Below, in pieces: positions 46,508 through 50,099 of a stretch of 64,000 nt of DNA. Source of the DNA: Planctomycetota bacterium (GTDB lineage: Bacteria; Planctomycetota; PLA2; JAEUHO01); contig CBDCWP010000043.1 of NCBI GenBank assembly GCA_965223505.1, positions 32,213 through 96,212 on the forward strand, written 5' to 3'. Position numbers and translations under genes: made by a program. Each line of letters opens with the position of its first letter. Position 1 is the stretch's first letter. Under the pieces are notes generated by a model. It made no database searches and was not told the origin of the DNA. It saw only the letters and a program-made list of their open reading frames with translations.

Positions 46508-47530
46508 ATGCGTATCTGCACACTTCTCGGCGCAACCGCGCTCGCGTTCCTTCTCGCCACGACGGCTTGGTCCGAAGGCGGCATCGCCGTCGGCGAAGAG
46601 GCCCCCGACTTCGAGGGCGGTGACGTCCTCAACTCCGAGCCGATCAAGGTCGGCGACCTGAAGGGACGGTTGATCCTGCTGGAGCTCTTCAGCACGACCT
46701 GAGGTCCGTGCAAGACTCAGGTCGGGCACCTGAACGAGCTTCACGAAACGTACGATGGCAAGGGACTCACGGTTCTCTCGGTGACCGGTGAGGACAGGGA
46801 CCGAGTCGAGCCCTTCGTCGAGGAGTTCGGCGCGAACTTTCCCATCATGTGCCAGGCACAGTCGGGCGCGTACTCGACGGGCGGCGTTCCGTCCGCGTAC
46901 CTGATCGGCGCCGACGGCACCGTCGTATGGCAAGGCCATCCGGGCAATCTCCAGGATTCCGAGATCGAAGGACATCTGAAGGACGTCAAGAAAGCCGACC
47001 GCGTGAGCACGTGGGCCTTCACGATCGTCAAGCAGCTGCCGCCGGTTCCGGACAAGCTCAAGGGCGTCAAGAAGAGCCTCGAGAAGATGAAGTTCGGCGC
47101 CGCGCTCAAGACCGTGGAAGCGGCGCTTCCGAAGCTCGAAGGCGAAGATCTCGAGGCCGGCGAGGCGATCCGCGACTGGATCGCCGGCAACGGGAAGACC
47201 AGCATGGACAAAGCCGCCACGCTCGTGCGCGAGAACAAGATCTACGACGCGTTCCTCGTGTACGAGGGTGTCGAGGACCGCTTCAAGGGACACCAGCTCG
47301 GCAAGGACGCGAAGGCCGCCGCCAAGGAGCTCAAGAGCGGCAAGGAAACCGGTCTCGAGATCAAGGCATCCGAGAAGCTCATCAAGGCCAAGAAGGAAAT
47401 GCGCGGCGAAAAGAAGTTCGAAGACCAGCTCAAGTGCTTGAAGCCGGTTCTCTCGAAGAAGTACGCCGAGACCGCAGCCGGCAAGGAAGCGGCCAAGATG
47501 GCCGAGGACATCGAGGCGAAGCTCAAGTAG
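46508..47530 (+). CDS. candidate selenoprotein: secreted TlpA/ResA-like thiol-disulfide oxidoreductase with active site T-U-G-P-C (UGA at 46700..46702) fused in frame to the 46781 ORF
   Basis: 46508 ORF (signal peptide, ...GRLILLELFSTT) and 46781 ORF share one frame across a single TGA; readthrough gives the canonical Trx-fold W-C-G-P-C position as U-G-P-C; hairpin TCAGGT-CGGGC-ACCTGA 14 nt downstream. Confidence 0.6.
46717..46733 (+). promoter_or_regulatory. SECIS-like stem-loop (6-bp stem, CGGGC loop) 14 nt downstream of in-frame UGA
   Basis: Loop Gs 22-24 nt after the UGA. Confidence 0.3.
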
Positions 47531-47661
47531 CCCGCCTTCCGAGAGCGTCCAGAGCATCCGGCAAGCAGCAGGCCTGGGCGGGTCTACGAACGGACCCCGT
47601 CACCAAAGTAGTTGCCTCCTTGCGCAGGGTCGGCTCCCACCGCTACGCTCGCGGTTTGGAG

Positions 47662-49896
47662 ATGACCTTGATGTATGTGACGAAGTTGCGCGTGTGGACG
47701 CTGGCGGTCATCGCGGTCGTCTGCGTCTCGTCCACCGCGGTGCGCGCGGAAGAGGCGACGCCGAAGGCGGAATTCGAGAAAGCGCTCCGGGTCGCCAAGC
47801 GGATGCTCCAGAACGAGCGTCCGAAGTCCGGGATGAGGATCCTGAAGAAGGCGCTCGAGACGCACGCCCGCAAGGACTACGTCTACGCCCGCAAGGCCGA
47901 CATCGAAGACGTCATCCGCCAGCTGGCGTTCGGGACCGAGAACAAGCTGCCGAAGCCGGAGGACGTCGTTGCCGGCAAGCTGCTGAAGTACACGCCGAAG
48001 ACCGGCAAGATCCACATCCAGTACGACAAGCAGGCTGCCCTGAAGGACTTCGAGAAGGAAGGCCCCTTGATGCTGTTCCCGGGCCACTTCAAAGGGCCCT
48101 TCTACTTCAAGGTCCAGGGCGCCCGCTACCCCGGCCGAGCGGAAGACTCGCCGATGATCATCATCGGCCAGGTCGAGCACCCGGAGACGGGCAAGCTCCA
48201 GATCTGGCAGTACCTCTGCGGCATTCCCGAGTACCGCAAGGGCGGCAGCGTCTATTGGCTGCCCGCCCAGCTCATCCATCACGACGGGGAAGAGAAGCAC
48301 GTGGTCTGGGACGACGAGCAGTGTCCCGCGTCCATCGGCCGCTGGTACACGATCTCGGTGGAGGTCGATGAGAGGTCGCACGATCTGAGCGTCAATTCGA
48401 CGCACGTCGGCAGCGGAAGGAAGCCCGCGGGGGTCTACGGGCTGTGCGGCTTCGAGGCCCGGAGTTGGCAATCCGTCGAGATCAAGGGAACCGTCGAACC
48501 CGCGTGGATCCAGGCCAAGATCGACGCGATCGTCCAGAAGGAGCTCGCGGAGTTCGAGAAGACGTTCGATCGAGCCAAGTACCTTCCCGGCTGGCTGTTG
48601 AAAGCGCCGACACCACCCAAGACGCCGGCGCCTTCTTCGGGGCCGACCTTCGAGAGCACCGGCTATCCGAAGGACGTCACACAGGTGCAGGCCCGGAAGC
48701 TCGATCGGGTGCGCATGATGATCGAGATGGGCCAGTATGAGAAGGCGCTGGTCGAGATCGAAAAGCCGCGGCGCGAGTCCTATCCGTCCTCTGCCTGTTT
48801 CTATCTGTCCGCGCGGGCGCGGATGGAGCTCAATCAGATGAACCAGGCGCTCGCGGATCTGAACCGCTGCTTGAGGAAGGCGCCCGAGTTCGTCGAGGGC
48901 AAGCTCGTCAAGGGCACACTGCTGTGCAAGCTCGGTGACGTACAGGAAGCCGCGACGATGTTGAACAGCGTGCTCGATGCGCGGAAGTCGGACCCGCGCA
49001 CGTACGAGGTCGCCGCGTTGTCGATGCTGATCGCGGGCCGTCCCGCGGAGGCGAAGGAGATCACCCAGCGTGCCGCAGGCGCGTCCGTGCGTTCGGCCGG
49101 TCTCGATCGGCTCAACAAGGTGCTCGTGCGCATCGTGAACGGCCCGGACTGGACGAAGTCCTGGAGCGAGAAGACGGCAAACTATCAGGTCTGCACGGAC
49201 ATCGACCGAAACACGGCGAAGAAGGCCGCGAAGGTGCTCGAAGAGGCCTACGCGATGTTCAACAAGGACCTCAAGAAGATCGAGCGCGATCGTACGCGCA
49301 AGTTCAAGGTCTACCTCTTCAAGGGGCAGGCGGGGTTCCTCGCCTACCAGGAGGACCTCGCCGGCTTGTCGGGCAAGCCGTCGGAGAACGCGGCCGGGAT
49401 GTACAACACGCTTCTCAAGCAGCTGCTGATCTGGAACCTCCCCGAGCGCGAGGAGATGATGCGTACGGTGCGGCACGAGGGCTTTCATCAGTATCTCGAC
49501 CGCTACATGCCCAACGCCGCCGTGTGGTTCAACGAGGGGCTGGCGGAGTACTACGAGAACGCCAAGAAGGTGCGCGGCACCTGGACCGGCGGCCACGTGC
49601 ACCACGCCTACCTGCGCATGCTGAAGAAGAAGCCGCCGCGGCCGCTCGAGGAGTTCCTCTACATCTCACCGCGGAAGTTCTACGAAGAAGGGCTCGACAA
49701 CTACGCGCAGTCGTGGGCCTTCGTTCACATGCTGCGCAAGGGCGACGCGGCCCATCGCGCGTTGTTCGAGCGCTTCATGGACGCCTTCCAGGAGCACTCT
49801 TCGTTCGACGCCATGAAGAAGGTGTTGGCGGACGTCGACCTGAAGGAGCTCGACCAAGAGCTCGCCTCCTACTTGCAGGACCTTCGGGACGACTAG
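47662..49896 (+). CDS. secreted DUF1570-domain protein with HEXXH motif (putative zinc metalloprotease) and TPR-like middle region
   Basis: Signal peptide MTLMYVTKLRVWTLAVIAVVCVSSTAVRA; C-terminal TVRHEGFHQYLDRYMPNAAVWFNEGLAEYYE (HExxH). Confidence 0.65.
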   Translation: MTLMYVTKLRVWTLAVIAVVCVSSTAVRAEEATPKAEFEKALRVAKRMLQNERPKSGMRILKKALETHARKDYVYARKADIEDVIRQLAFGTENKLPKPEDVVAGKLLKYTPKTGKIHIQYDKQAALKDFEKEGPLMLFPGHFKGPFYFKVQGARYPGRAEDSPMIIIGQVEHPETGKLQIWQYLCGIPEYRKGGSVYWLPAQLIHHDGEEKHVVWDDEQCPASIGRWYTISVEVDERSHDLSVNSTHVGSGRKPAGVYGLCGFEARSWQSVEIKGTVEPAWIQAKIDAIVQKELAEFEKTFDRAKYLPGWLLKAPTPPKTPAPSSGPTFESTGYPKDVTQVQARKLDRVRMMIEMGQYEKALVEIEKPRRESYPSSACFYLSARARMELNQMNQALADLNRCLRKAPEFVEGKLVKGTLLCKLGDVQEAATMLNSVLDARKSDPRTYEVAALSMLIAGRPAEAKEITQRAAGASVRSAGLDRLNKVLVRIVNGPDWTKSWSEKTANYQVCTDIDRNTAKKAAKVLEEAYAMFNKDLKKIERDRTRKFKVYLFKGQAGFLAYQEDLAGLSGKPSENAAGMYNTLLKQLLIWNLPEREEMMRTVRHEGFHQYLDRYMPNAAVWFNEGLAEYYENAKKVRGTWTGGHVHHAYLRMLKKKPPRPLEEFLYISPRKFYEEGLDNYAQSWAFVHMLRKGDAAHRALFERFMDAFQEHSSFDAMKKVLADVDLKELDQELASYLQDLRDD

Positions 49897-49911
49897 CGCG
49901 TCGATACGAAA

Positions 49912-49940
49912 GCGGCGCGCCTCCGCTGAGAGCGCGCCGC
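49912..49940 (+). terminator. GC-rich hairpin (9-bp stem GCGGCGCGC/GCGCGCCGC, 11-nt loop) after DUF1570 gene
   Basis: Perfect inverted repeat 16 nt past the stop codon; no U-tract. Confidence 0.35.
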
Positions 49941-49951
49941 GGACTCGAACG

Positions 49952-50092
49952 ATGCTGCGCTCAGTGGACGGCGCGAAGGGCGTCGACGCGGCGACGGCGT
50001 TGCAGCGTGCCCAAGCGCACGTTCGAGCGCAGAAGGCGTGGGCGCACCCGTACTACTGGGCCGCCTGGGTGTTGTTGGGCGCGTCTTCGTAG
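49952..50092 (+). pseudogene. C-terminal fragment (46 aa) of a CHAT-domain protein
   Basis: MLRSVDGAKGVDAATALQRAQAHVRAQKAWAHPYYWAAWVLLGASS aligns with the last ~45 aa of the intact CHAT protein at 34613..37639 (...AAEALREAQSHVKAQKKWSHPYYWAAWVLWGLPN); stops upstream in frame. Confidence 0.5.
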
Positions 50093-50099
50093 CGAACCG

